Origin: Halanaerobium sp.
GTDB taxonomy: Bacteria; Bacillota; Halanaerobiia; Halanaerobiales; Halanaerobiaceae
Direction: 5' to 3'
Assembly (NCBI GenBank): GCA_041694515.1
Contig: JASMSZ010000054.1
Span: 1,074-65,073 of the forward strand
DNA: 64,000 nt
Part shown: in pieces, positions 30,211 to 39,681 of the stretch
How the letters are laid out: each line of letters opens with the position of its first letter
Numbering within the stretch: position 1 is the stretch's first letter
Notes under the pieces: model-generated
What the model saw: only the letters and a program-made list of their open reading frames with translations
The model's database searches: none
What the model was told of the DNA's origin: nothing
Made by a program: the position numbers and the translations under genes

Positions 30211-30240
30211 AAAAAACGGCCTATTTTTATAGGCCGTTTT
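30211..30240. terminator. Bidirectional terminator between the convergent peptidase and phoU genes
   Basis: AAAAAACGGCCTAT-TTTT-ATAGGCCGTTTT. Confidence 0.85.
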
Positions 30241-30310
30241 CTTAATCTATGCTAGAAATCAAAAATAATTTTCATTTGTTTTTATAAAATCTTCTTAAAA
30301 TCAAATATAT

Positions 30311-30973
30311 TTAATACTTAACTCTTTTACCGGTCACAATAAAGATGGTTTCTTCACCAATATTAGTTGCATGATCTCCTACCCGCTCTAGTGCTTTAGC
30401 TAAATTGATGTGCTGAACTATCTGCTTTACTTTTTCCTTATCTTCTTTTTGACTAATCATTTTAATAGCCTTAAAATAAATATCTTCATAAAGATTATCT
30501 GCTTTTTCGTCCATTCGGCAGGCTGCTTCTGCAAGATCCGAATTTTTGGTGGCAAATGACTCTAATACTACATCCAGCATATCGGTAACAATATCAGCGA
30601 GTTCTGGAATCATTATCAGTGGTTTCATAATTCCATCATGTTTTAATTCAAGTAAAATCTCGGCTATATTAGTTGCCTGATCTCCTATTCTTTCTAAGTC
30701 ATTTGCAATTTTAATCATTGCAATACTAAACCAGGTATCAGCTGCCAGGGGTTGATCCAGGGTTAACAAGCGCGAAACTTCTTCTTCTATTGTGATTAAA
30801 TAGTTATCCAGCACATCATCTTTTTCAATAATTTCATGAGCTTTCTCAACATTCAAATTGTCCATTGCTTTAATAACACTCTGCAGCATTTCTTCTGCAA
30901 CTTCACTCATATCACTGAGATCACTAAGAAGCTGTTCACGCTTTTTTTCATACACCTGTTCCATTGGACTCAC
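30311..30973 (-). CDS. phoU: Phosphate signalling protein PhoU
   Basis: Two PhoU repeats: DQPLAAD...DLERIGDQATNIAE and ALERVGDHATNIGE. Confidence 0.93.
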   Translation of the reverse strand: MSPMEQVYEKKREQLLSDLSDMSEVAEEMLQSVIKAMDNLNVEKAHEIIEKDDVLDNYLITIEEEVSRLLTLDQPLAADTWFSIAMIKIANDLERIGDQATNIAEILLELKHDGIMKPLIMIPELADIVTDMLDVVLESFATKNSDLAEAACRMDEKADNLYEDIYFKAIKMISQKEDKEKVKQIVQHINLAKALERVGDHATNIGEETIFIVTGKRVKY

Positions 30974-31082
30974 TCTCCTCTTTAAATTTAATAAAGTTAA
31001 GTTTATTGATAGATTAATTAATTAGCTTATATTAAAATATTCTTGACAGAGTACTAAAATCCTTCCTATTTTATAATTTAAT

Positions 31083-32120
31083 TTAAGCAAAGATTTCTCG
31101 AGCGGTCTTTTCAATATGTTTTACAGCATAGCGAATATCTTCTAAACTTAAGTCTAAGTGAGTAACAGCACGCAGTTTTCCTTCCAGTCTGCTAACTCTA
31201 ATTCCTTTTTTCAGCAGTTCATCTGCAAATAAATCTGTCTTTCCATCTGCTGCAGAAAAGAGAACTATATTTGTTTCAACTGTATCTGGATCAATTTCCA
31301 GACCTTCCTGATCGGCAATAGTTTCTGCCAGCATCCTGGCATGTTTGTGATCTTCTTTTAGACGAGCAACATTGTGCTCTAAAGCAAAAATACCGCCAGC
31401 TGCAATAATTCCGGCCTGCCTCATGGCTCCACCCAATCTCTGTTTCCAGAAACGAGCTTTTTCTATAAATTCTGCTGATCCAGCCAGCACTGAGCCAACC
31501 GGGGCTCCCAGACCCTTACTCAGATCAATCCAGATCGAATCAAAATACTGTCCGTATTCTGCCGGATCAACTTCTGCCTCAACTGCAGCATTTAACATCC
31601 GGGCTCCGTCCATATGCATTTTTAGATCATTTTCTACCGCGAGTTCTGCTATTTCTTTAATTCTCTGCAGAGGCCAGATTCGGCCACCACCCAAATTAGT
31701 TGTCTGTTCAATAGAGATAACTTTTGTCTGCGGACTGTGATAATCCTTCTCTCTGATAGCTTTCTCCACCTGCTCAGCAGTAAAAATTCCGCCTACTCCA
31801 GCAAGAGCTTTAATTGAAGCTCCTGAAATAACAGCCAGTGCAGCACTCTCATAATGAATAGGATGTGCTGTCTGATCCATTATTATTTCAGCTCCCTGGT
31901 CTGTATGGACAGCAAAAGAAATTTGATTTGCCATTAAACCAGAAGGTAAATAAATTGCATCATCTTTGCCCAGCATTTCGGCAGTCATCCGACAGAGACG
32001 ATTAACACTTGGATCTTCCCCCAGCTGCTCATCCCCAACCTCTGCCTCAGCCATAAATCTTCTCATATCCTGAGAAGGCTTTGTCCCCGTATCACTAAAT
32101 AAATCAACTTTAATTTCCAT
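31083..32120 (-). CDS. ltaE: Low-specificity L-threonine aldolase
   Basis: DLFSDT, VGDE...EDP, PSG.MANQ, HMDGARMLNAA, DLSKGLGAPVGS (PLP Lys) and GGAMRQAG. Confidence 0.9.
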   Translation of the reverse strand: MEIKVDLFSDTGTKPSQDMRRFMAEAEVGDEQLGEDPSVNRLCRMTAEMLGKDDAIYLPSGLMANQISFAVHTDQGAEIIMDQTAHPIHYESAALAVISGASIKALAGVGGIFTAEQVEKAIREKDYHSPQTKVISIEQTTNLGGGRIWPLQRIKEIAELAVENDLKMHMDGARMLNAAVEAEVDPAEYGQYFDSIWIDLSKGLGAPVGSVLAGSAEFIEKARFWKQRLGGAMRQAGIIAAGGIFALEHNVARLKEDHKHARMLAETIADQEGLEIDPDTVETNIVLFSAADGKTDLFADELLKKGIRVSRLEGKLRAVTHLDLSLEDIRYAVKHIEKTAREIFA

Positions 32121-32146
32121 TTTTAAATTCCCCCAATTTAAATTCT

Positions 32147-32180
32147 ATTGTCCTATGTTTCTAATTGTCCTATATTTCTA
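32147..32180. repeat. 17-bp tandem direct repeat upstream of ltaE
   Basis: ATTGTCCTATGTTTCTA / ATTGTCCTATATTTCTA, 1 mismatch. Confidence 0.85.
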
Positions 32181-32278
32181 AAAAAACAGCCGCTAAGTAA
32201 ATGAACTAAAATGGCATCCACAATAACTCATTAGATATAGTTACCTGGTATTATCTAATCTTAATATGGAAAAATAAT

Positions 32279-32602
32279 TTAAAATAAAAATGATATTAAT
32301 AAATAGAAAATTAAACCGCCACTAACTGTATAAAATATGTTTTTTGTCTTATATGCAGCCAGTAGAGTCGGGAAAAAAGCAATTAGAGAAGTATTTTCCA
32401 GGCTTAAATAAAGACTGCCATTTTTAAGCAGTATTGATGGAGCCAGTAAAGCTGCCAGCACAGCCGCCGGAATAAAACTCAGCCAGAGCACAACTTTTTC
32501 AGGCAGCTCTTTTTTACCCAGCAGAGCCAGGGGTAAAAATCTGGGAATAAAGGTTACAAGCACCATCCCGACAATCATCAGCATAAACTTAACTATTTCC
32601 AT
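32279..32602 (-). CDS. azlD: AzlD-family branched-chain amino acid exporter, small subunit
   Basis: VTFIPRFLP...WLSFIPAAVLAALLAP. Confidence 0.88.
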   Translation of the reverse strand: MEIVKFMLMIVGMVLVTFIPRFLPLALLGKKELPEKVVLWLSFIPAAVLAALLAPSILLKNGSLYLSLENTSLIAFFPTLLAAYKTKNIFYTVSGGLIFYLLISFLF

Positions 32603-33317
32603 CGATATACACCCCTAAAAAAGCAGCCAGGACTGTAGCCAGAATGATATTCCAGCTGCCATTAATCGTCAGAGCCAAAAAAAGTGAGGCAAAGGCAGAA
32701 AAAATAGCAGCAATTATTTCACTCCGGGAGCTGATCTGCATAACCAGCAGGACTACAAACATTGCCGGTAAAACAAAATCCAGTGCTCCTCCACTACCTA
32801 AATCAATGAATTCGGTTAAGAAAGCCCCTATAGCAGAACTAAAAACCCAGCCCAGATAAGCTGTAAAGCCCAGGCCGAGAAAATATCGCTGTTTGTTCTT
32901 CTGGCTCTCTATTTTACTCATGGCAACTGCAAAAGACTCATCGGTTATTAAAAAACCTAAAAATGGATAATAATAGAGCGGCAGATTTCTTAAATGAAGG
33001 CTTAAAGAAGCCGATAACAAAAGATGGCGTAAATTTACCAGAAATGTCATGAAAACTATGGCAGCCACTGCTGCTCCAGCAGCTATCATTTCAATGGACA
33101 CCAGCTGGGCAGAACCGGCAAAAACAAAGGCTGACATTGCAGTAGTCTGCAGTGGTGTTAAACCTTTATTTACAGCCAGCATTCCATAAGCAATACCAAT
33201 TGGCAGATAACCCAAAATAATTGGTAGGGCATCTTTGACTCCACTTTTTAAACTTGAATCATTCAATTTAGCAGTTAAATTATTATCTTTATTTATACTC
33301 TCTTCTCTATGCTGCAT
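32589..33317 (-). CDS. azlC: AzlC-family exporter
   Basis: GYLPIGIAYG, VFAGSAQ, VNLRHLL and LITDESFA. Confidence 0.9.
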   Translation of the reverse strand: MQHREESINKDNNLTAKLNDSSLKSGVKDALPIILGYLPIGIAYGMLAVNKGLTPLQTTAMSAFVFAGSAQLVSIEMIAAGAAVAAIVFMTFLVNLRHLLLSASLSLHLRNLPLYYYPFLGFLITDESFAVAMSKIESQKNKQRYFLGLGFTAYLGWVFSSAIGAFLTEFIDLGSGGALDFVLPAMFVVLLVMQISSRSEIIAAIFSAFASLFLALTINGSWNIILATVLAAFLGVYIDGNS

Positions 33318-33396
33318 AAATCAGATCTACTCCTTTAAAAATCAAATCACTTCCTGGAAAAAATCGGATCCCTAAACGGTAAGAGTGCAGGGTACA

Positions 33397-34428
33397 CTAA
33401 TCCAGCTGTCTGGGGTCAAGGGCATCTCTTAAGGCATCACCAAGTAGATTGAAACTCAAAACTGTAATAATAATTGCCAGTCCCGGAAAAATTGACATCC
33501 ATGGTGCTTGAATTAAATATTCCTGACCACGATTTAACATTGTTCCCCAGGCTGCAGTTGGCGGCTGAATTCCCAGCCCTAGAAAACTCAGACCGGCAAC
33601 AACTAGAATTGAAATCCCAATTCTTAAAGTTCCCAGTACAATTAATGATGAAATTGAATTAGGTAAGATATGATTATATAGAATCCGCAGATCACTTGCT
33701 CCCAGAGCTTTAGCTGCAGAAACGTATTCCTTTTCTTTGATTTGAAAAACTATGGAACGAGTTAGACGGGAAAAATTAATTAAACCGGTAACTCCAACAG
33801 CGATTATGATATTGACAATCCCGGTTCCCAGAGCAGATATTATAGCCAGAGCCAGCAGAATAAAAGGGATTGAGTTCCAGATTTCTACTACCCGCATAAT
33901 TATCATATCCGTTTTACCACCATAATAACCGGCCAGCAGTCCTAAACTGACACCCAGACTGGCATTAACTAAGACAGCTGAAAAGCCAACTCCCAGAGCA
34001 ATTCTGGCACCATAAAGAACTCGCGAAAACATATCTCTGCCAAAATCATCTGTGCCAAACCAGTGCTCCAATGAGGGTGCTGAATAGGTCATATTGCTGT
34101 AATCAATTTCAGTTGGAGAATAAGGGGCAATAAATGGAGCCATAAAAGCAGCATAAAAAATCAAAGCCAGCATGACAACTGCAATTTTACCTCCATAACC
34201 TTTATTAAATTCTTTAAACATTTTTGCATAAAGAGCATTTTCCTTTAATTTAAGAAAAACACTATTTTTAAATAATAAAAATAAAAAGAAAACAATTAAC
34301 ATTACAGAAAAACCTGTAGCAAATTTATATTCCAGTCTGCTCCAGATTTTACCCTCTATCAGCCAGTTTTGGTAACTTATATAGATTTGAATTAATAATA
34401 GTATAAATAAAATAATTTTCTTTTTCAA
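33397..34428 (-). CDS. Peptide/nickel ABC permease (DppC/OppC-like) with an extra N-terminal TM hairpin
   Basis: HWFGTDDFGRDMFSR and EYVSAAKALGAS; TTG start 34428 after GAGGTG. Confidence 0.9.
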   Translation of the reverse strand: MKKKIILFILLLIQIYISYQNWLIEGKIWSRLEYKFATGFSVMLIVFFLFLLFKNSVFLKLKENALYAKMFKEFNKGYGGKIAVVMLALIFYAAFMAPFIAPYSPTEIDYSNMTYSAPSLEHWFGTDDFGRDMFSRVLYGARIALGVGFSAVLVNASLGVSLGLLAGYYGGKTDMIIMRVVEIWNSIPFILLALAIISALGTGIVNIIIAVGVTGLINFSRLTRSIVFQIKEKEYVSAAKALGASDLRILYNHILPNSISSLIVLGTLRIGISILVVAGLSFLGLGIQPPTAAWGTMLNRGQEYLIQAPWMSIFPGLAIIITVLSFNLLGDALRDALDPRQLD

Positions 34429-34456
34429 ATTCCAGCACCTCATTTCATTCCTACTT

Positions 34457-35404
34457 CTATTTATAGCTAATCCGGGGATTAATAAAAACATAAATAATAT
34501 CTACCAGCAAATTGACCAGGACAAAAAGAATAGATAAAATTAAAATTGAACCAAAAACCAGCGGCTGATCTCTAGCCTCCACAGCTTTAACCGCCAGCCT
34601 CCCTACACCTGGCCATGCAAAAACAGATTCAATTAAAATTGCGCCTCCAAACATCATAGCCAGCTGGTTCCCAATATTGGTAATGATCGGAATCAGAGCA
34701 TTGCGAAAAGCATGTTTTAAAATAATAACTTTTTCGGAAACTCCTTTAGATCGTGCTGTAACCAGATAATCTTCTTTCATAATATCAAGCATTGAAGATC
34801 TGGTTATCCGACTGGTAGAAGCAATCATTACCGTACTTAAGGCAAAAGCCGGTAAAATTAAGTGACGCAGCCCACTTAAAGTCCAGATACGACCCCCATA
34901 ACCCGAAGAAGGAAAAAATGGAAAATAAACAGAAAATATATAGATAAAAATAATACCTGTAAAAAAAGCTGGTACAGAAATACCAATAGTTGCAATAAAC
35001 ATACTTAAAAGATCAAATAGAGAATTCTTTTTTACCGCAGCTATAACACCTGTTGGAATCGCCACTAAAATCGCAATAATCAGAGAAAGTAATCCTAATT
35101 CAATTGTAGCAGTCAGTCTCCTACCAATAATATTTATTACCTCATCTCCATAATAAATTGAATCTAGTTCACCGGTTATAAAATTTTTAAGCATCAAAAA
35201 ATATCTGACATGAAACGGTTCATTAAAACCAAATTTTTCATTTAGGGCTTCTATGGCTGCCGGTGTTGCGTTTGTCCCCAGCATAATAGCCGCCGGATTC
35301 CCGGGTACCAGCTGCATAATTCCAAACAAAATTAAGGAGACTCCGATCACAACCGGAATTAACCAGAGCAGTCTTTTAATAATATAAGCAAACAAATTGT
35401 TCAC
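34457..35404 (-). CDS. Peptide/nickel ABC permease (DppB/OppB-like)
   Basis: LVPGNPA, EDYLVTARSKG, KHAFRNALIP and ESVFAWPGVG. Confidence 0.92.
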   Translation of the reverse strand: MNNLFAYIIKRLLWLIPVVIGVSLILFGIMQLVPGNPAAIMLGTNATPAAIEALNEKFGFNEPFHVRYFLMLKNFITGELDSIYYGDEVINIIGRRLTATIELGLLSLIIAILVAIPTGVIAAVKKNSLFDLLSMFIATIGISVPAFFTGIIFIYIFSVYFPFFPSSGYGGRIWTLSGLRHLILPAFALSTVMIASTSRITRSSMLDIMKEDYLVTARSKGVSEKVIILKHAFRNALIPIITNIGNQLAMMFGGAILIESVFAWPGVGRLAVKAVEARDQPLVFGSILILSILFVLVNLLVDIIYVFINPRISYK

Positions 35405-35418
35405 CTCTTTCTAAAAAG

Positions 35419-35450
35419 ACTATGCAGATAGTCTCAGCTATCTGCATAGT
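35419..35450 (-). terminator. Hairpin between the binding-protein and permease genes (attenuator or mRNA stabiliser)
   Basis: Perfect 13-bp stem ACTATGCAGATAG-TCTCAG-CTATCTGCATAGT. Confidence 0.7.
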
Positions 35451-35525
35451 AGTTTAAGATAATTAATCTTTTAATCTCTTTCTAAGCTGTCAAAATGATA
35501 ATTCACTTTAAAACTGAACCCACCG

Positions 35526-37070
35526 CTATTCCTTATAGACATTTGCAGTTGGAGTAACTAAGGGGATTATCAGTGAATTACCAGGGTTTAATTCCTGAAC
35601 TTCATCCTGCATTACATAAATTTGATTTGAATGGGCAAGAGGATGGAAGACCAGGTCTTCAATTAATACTTTTCTTAATACTTTCTGATATAACTCTTCT
35701 CTTTTGGCCTGATCGGAAATTGATCTTGCTTCTTCCAACCACTGATCTACCTGATCATTCTCATAAAAAGCTCTGTTTAAAGAACCATCAGATTTAAAGA
35801 ATCTATATAACCAGTAATCAGGATCAGGATCAGAAACAAATCTCAAGAAAAACATTCCAATTTCACCCCGGCCCAGCATATCCCACATTGTGCCAAATTC
35901 CATAGCATTTACTTCTGCAGTTAAACCCGCCTGATTTAATGCAGTTACCATAGCTTCTGCAGTCTTGACCTGATTCGGACGGCTATTGGAAACATATACC
36001 CGAACAACATAATCTTCTGGAATCACACCAGCTGCTTTTAATTCCTTAAATTTCTGAGCTGCTGCTTCTGGATCAAAACCAACCGCATTTTCTTTCAAGT
36101 ATTCTCTCTCTTCCGGCCAGAGTGTTGGAGGCAGCATTGAATATGCCCTTTCTCCCAGGATTCCAAAAATCTGAGGAATCATCTGGTCAAACGGAACAGC
36201 CTGCAGTACAGCTTCTCGAAATTTACGTTCATTAGTGGGTACCATGTCAAAATTAAAACCTAAGAAATTAATACCTGCCCCCGCAGCTGTTTTAACTTTA
36301 AAATCCGGATTGTTTCTAAATGATTCCAGCTGACCAACATCAAGATTCACTCCAAAATCAATGCCTCCACTGCGGAGTTCCATTGCCTGAGTTGCAGATT
36401 CTGGAATAGGTCTAATCACCAATTTTTTGATGTTAGGTACCTTATCCCAGTGATCCTGATATGCAGATAGGACTATCTGATTTCCAGGATCCCATTCTTC
36501 TAACTTAAAAGGACCTGCACCGATAGGATTTCTTCCCAGTTCCTCATCCCCAACTTCTTCTGCATATTCTTTGGGAATAATTCCAAAAGTCATACCCAGC
36601 ATAAAAGGAGCATATGGTTCATTTAAAGTAAACTTAATTGTATAATCATCAATTACTTCAATTGATTTAATTGATTCAATTTTAGCTCTTAAACCAGAAC
36701 CATATTCTGGATCCAGAATCCGCTGATAGGTATATTCTACATCTTCAGCCGTCAATTCCTGACCATTATGGAACAATACACCTTCTCTTAACTTAAATGT
36801 ATATTCCATTTCATTCTCAGAAATCGTCCAGTCTTTAGCAATTCCTGGAACAATCTTATTTGACTTACCATATCTCACTAAACCATCAAAAATTAATGAG
36901 GCTACTCTTTCATTAACAGAAATAGTAGTCTCCCCGGGATCAAGATTACTCACCTCATCCTCTATCCCCATTACAAACTCTTCGGTCACCTTTTCCTGTG
37001 CCTGAGCAGCAGAAAACATCGAAACCATAAATAAAGAAACCAATAATAAAACTAAAAATTTATTTTTCAT
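35526..37070 (-). CDS. Family-5 ABC substrate-binding protein (DppA-like)
   Basis: Signal peptide, NLDP, IFDGLV, GVLFHNG..LTAEDV and PIGAGPFKL; start ATG 37070. Confidence 0.92.
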   Translation of the reverse strand: MKNKFLVLLLVSLFMVSMFSAAQAQEKVTEEFVMGIEDEVSNLDPGETTISVNERVASLIFDGLVRYGKSNKIVPGIAKDWTISENEMEYTFKLREGVLFHNGQELTAEDVEYTYQRILDPEYGSGLRAKIESIKSIEVIDDYTIKFTLNEPYAPFMLGMTFGIIPKEYAEEVGDEELGRNPIGAGPFKLEEWDPGNQIVLSAYQDHWDKVPNIKKLVIRPIPESATQAMELRSGGIDFGVNLDVGQLESFRNNPDFKVKTAAGAGINFLGFNFDMVPTNERKFREAVLQAVPFDQMIPQIFGILGERAYSMLPPTLWPEEREYLKENAVGFDPEAAAQKFKELKAAGVIPEDYVVRVYVSNSRPNQVKTAEAMVTALNQAGLTAEVNAMEFGTMWDMLGRGEIGMFFLRFVSDPDPDYWLYRFFKSDGSLNRAFYENDQVDQWLEEARSISDQAKREELYQKVLRKVLIEDLVFHPLAHSNQIYVMQDEVQELNPGNSLIIPLVTPTANVYKE

Positions 37071-37104
37071 TATACTTCCTCCCGTATAATATATTATAAT
37101 TTTC

Positions 37105-37869
37105 TTATTTTCTAGCCTGACCAACAAATTCCACAAAATCTTTAAATAATTTTAACTGAATCGGATCTTTAGCGGCCATCATCTCTGGATGCCACTGGAC
37201 ACCTACAAGATAAGGATAATTAGGATCTTCGACTCCTTCTACAAAACCATCTGGAGCCACCGCAGATACTTTTAAACCTTCACCAACTTTATTAACTGCC
37301 TGATGGTGATAAGAGTTTACCGCAACTTCATCACCAGCGAAAATTTTAGCCAGGCGAGTATTTTCCTGAATATCAACCTGGTGAGTTTTATAATACTTGG
37401 GCACCATTAGAGCCATATGCGGTATCTTACTGTCAGCATTGTTTCCACAGACATCAACCTTTAAAGAACCACCATAATGAATATTTATCAGCTGAAAACC
37501 CCGGCAAATCCCTAAAATAGGTTTTTTCATTTCCATTGCCATCTGCAGAATTTTAAGCTCCCAGAGATCACGCTTAGGCGAAATATTCCCCAGATATTTT
37601 TGAGGATACGAATTATATAAAGCCGGATCAATATCACTTCCTCCAGGTAAAACAACACCATCAGCCTCAGCAAGAAATTCCTTAATATACTGATCATCTT
37701 CTCTTCTTGACTCAAGATAGGGCATAATTAGAGGTATAGCACCTGCCATACTCAATGATTCAGAGTAATCCTGAGTTATCAGTGAAAAATCTACTCCCTC
37801 AAGTTTATACTGTTCTCCCATTTTTTCTGTGGGAATTTTAAAAGATATAATTAAAATTTTTGGATACAT
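37105..37869 (-). CDS. Gamma-glutamyl-gamma-aminobutyrate hydrolase family (PuuD / peptidase C26)
   Basis: LPGGSDIDP, LGICRGFQ (nucleophile Cys), VNSYHHQ and GVQWHPE. Confidence 0.9.
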   Translation of the reverse strand: MYPKILIISFKIPTEKMGEQYKLEGVDFSLITQDYSESLSMAGAIPLIMPYLESRREDDQYIKEFLAEADGVVLPGGSDIDPALYNSYPQKYLGNISPKRDLWELKILQMAMEMKKPILGICRGFQLINIHYGGSLKVDVCGNNADSKIPHMALMVPKYYKTHQVDIQENTRLAKIFAGDEVAVNSYHHQAVNKVGEGLKVSAVAPDGFVEGVEDPNYPYLVGVQWHPEMMAAKDPIQLKLFKDFVEFVGQARK

Positions 37870-37912
37870 ATTTTTCCTCCATCCAAATCTATATTTTTGA
37901 ATATCCACTACT

Positions 37913-37927
37913 TCTAAAATTTTTAGA
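37913..37927. promoter_or_regulatory. Candidate operator downstream of the puuD-operon promoter
   Basis: Perfect inverted repeat TCTAAAA-T-TTTTAGA. Confidence 0.35.
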
Positions 37928-37946
37928 TGGACATTTTATATGAGAA

Positions 37947-37975
37947 ATTATATCAATCTTTAGTAAAATTGTCAA
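37947..37975 (-). promoter_or_regulatory. Sigma-A promoter of the puuD-dppABC operon
   Basis: Perfect TTGACA-N17-TATAAT. Confidence 0.85.
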
Positions 37976-38004
37976 TTTTAATTTTTATAACATCCTGAGC
38001 CTAA

Positions 38005-38319
38005 TTAGGAAATTGTCTGGATGAAAATATCTATCTGTCCACCACAGACCCATCCGATTTCTGCTGCTTCTTTACGGGTTAAAGTAAGTTTCAACTTTTC
38101 CGATTTTCCTTTTTCTATTAACTCCAGAGCTTTTTCTATTACCTTTTTTTCGTCCTGACCGCCGCCAATACTGCCGAAAATTTCCCCGGCTTCGGTAATT
38201 ATCATTTCGGTTCCGGTATTGCGTGGCGAAGAACTTTTGGCCTGAATTATAAAGGCTCTGGCCAGTTTAAGATTCTCTTTTTTTAGTTTAATGATTTCTT
38301 TTAGGATTTCTTTCTTCAC
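38005..38319 (-). CDS. Stand-alone XdhC/CoxI domain protein
   Basis: SSPRNTGTEM, GSIGGG..E and GWVCGGQIDIFI. Confidence 0.85.
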   Translation of the reverse strand: MKKEILKEIIKLKKENLKLARAFIIQAKSSSPRNTGTEMIITEAGEIFGSIGGGQDEKKVIEKALELIEKGKSEKLKLTLTRKEAAEIGWVCGGQIDIFIQTIS

Positions 38320-39104
38320 TACTTATCCCTCCTAACAGCAATAATCTCTGCTGCAATCGCCACAGCTATCTCTGCTGGTGTTTCACTACCGATGTCCAGA
38401 CCTATTGGAGCGTGGACTGCATCCAGTTTTCCCTCGGTTATACCATCGTCTCGCAGCTGATCGTAAACAGTTTTGATTTTGCGAGAACTGCCAATCATAC
38501 CCAGGTAGGATGCTTCAGAATTAATTACATTTTTCAGGACCTGATAATCATGCTGATGGCCTCTGGTAACAATCACTAGATAATCGTTTTCTTTAATTTT
38601 AGCACTGGCAAAATAATCACTGTAATCCAAAAGCAGCAGCTGATCGGCTGTAGGAAATCTATCATAATTTAAAAACTCTTCTCGATCATCGACAACTGTA
38701 ATTCTAAAATCTAAAAGGCTGCAAATTTTAACCAGCGGCTCAGCAATGTGGCCGGCTCCAAATACTGTCAAATGTGGTTGATCAACTACAGGCTCCAGAA
38801 AAATCTCCAGTTTATTATCCTGATCTAAATTAATTTCTTTCAGCTGAGAATCTATATTCTTTTTTTCTCCCAGTTCCAGAATCTTATTTTTCAAATCTGT
38901 ATTTAAAAAGAACTTCTCCAGCTCATTTTCCAGCTGATCAGAAGAAAACTTAATTATTCCCTCCTCATCAAATAAAAACATCTCTCCCAGCAAATTTTGC
39001 GATATTTCTTCACTATCAATACCAGTTAAGACTGCTGTCAGTATTTTTTTATTCCCCTGTAATTCGTCAAAAACTTTTTTAAAGAAATCTTCCATTTCTA
39101 CCAC
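38319..39104 (-). CDS. XdhC-family protein (C-terminal Rossmann domain)
   Basis: VFGAGHIA, VVDDR, VTRGHQHD, YLGMIGS and HAPIGLDIGSETPAEIAVAI. Confidence 0.9.
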   Translation of the reverse strand: MVEMEDFFKKVFDELQGNKKILTAVLTGIDSEEISQNLLGEMFLFDEEGIIKFSSDQLENELEKFFLNTDLKNKILELGEKKNIDSQLKEINLDQDNKLEIFLEPVVDQPHLTVFGAGHIAEPLVKICSLLDFRITVVDDREEFLNYDRFPTADQLLLLDYSDYFASAKIKENDYLVIVTRGHQHDYQVLKNVINSEASYLGMIGSSRKIKTVYDQLRDDGITEGKLDAVHAPIGLDIGSETPAEIAVAIAAEIIAVRRDK

Positions 39105-39261
39105 GTCCTTTCGTTACGAAAGTTTAAAGCACTAGTTGTTTTAATAATGATCAGTAGTTCTAAATCATGAGGTTATTTTTACTCACTTTTTTATTATTTT
39201 CTCCAATAGGTAGTCTTTTTCCTGCATCAAAAGCTGATTATTTCTGTATCCACCAGGTCAA

Positions 39262-39615
39262 TTATTTTCCTAACTTCTGCTTAAATTCCTGATCAAAATA
39301 CTCATTTTCTAACTTTGAAAGACACTCAACAGCCTCTTTTCTAAATTTAGAAAACTCTTCAGTTAAAATTCGACCTTTAACTGTCAGTTCTGAACCCCCA
39401 CCACTGCTGCCGCCTACTTTTTTATCCAACAATTTAAAACCAAGTCTTTTTTCTAATTTTTTAATCAGCTTCCAGGCCTGACTGTAGGACATATTTATTT
39501 CTGCTGCAGCCTGTCTTAATGATCCTAACTGATCAACCAGTTCTAAAATTTGACAGGGGCCATCTCCAAAAAGACGCTCATCTTCTTCCAGCCACAATTT
39601 ATAATTTAAGCGCAT
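39262..39615 (-). CDS. ModE-like winged-helix regulator (no TOBE domains)
   Basis: FGDGP...GSLRQAAAEINMSYSQAW...GGSSGGGSELT. Confidence 0.85.
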   Translation of the reverse strand: MRLNYKLWLEEDERLFGDGPCQILELVDQLGSLRQAAAEINMSYSQAWKLIKKLEKRLGFKLLDKKVGGSSGGGSELTVKGRILTEEFSKFRKEAVECLSKLENEYFDQEFKQKLGK

Positions 39616-39681
39616 TTTTTCTCCTTTCCGATAGATATCAATCTCTATCAGGATTGAAAATTTGCTGATCTATTGTAACTC

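Noticed and set aside
30975-31040. Pho-box repeats upstream of phoU
   Set aside because: AT-rich sequence makes TTAA-type repeats expected by chance; the 11-bp phasing is not convincing
37905-37935. CodY box at the puuD promoter
   Set aside because: Too many mismatches to AATTTTCWGAAAATT; recorded only as an unassigned palindrome
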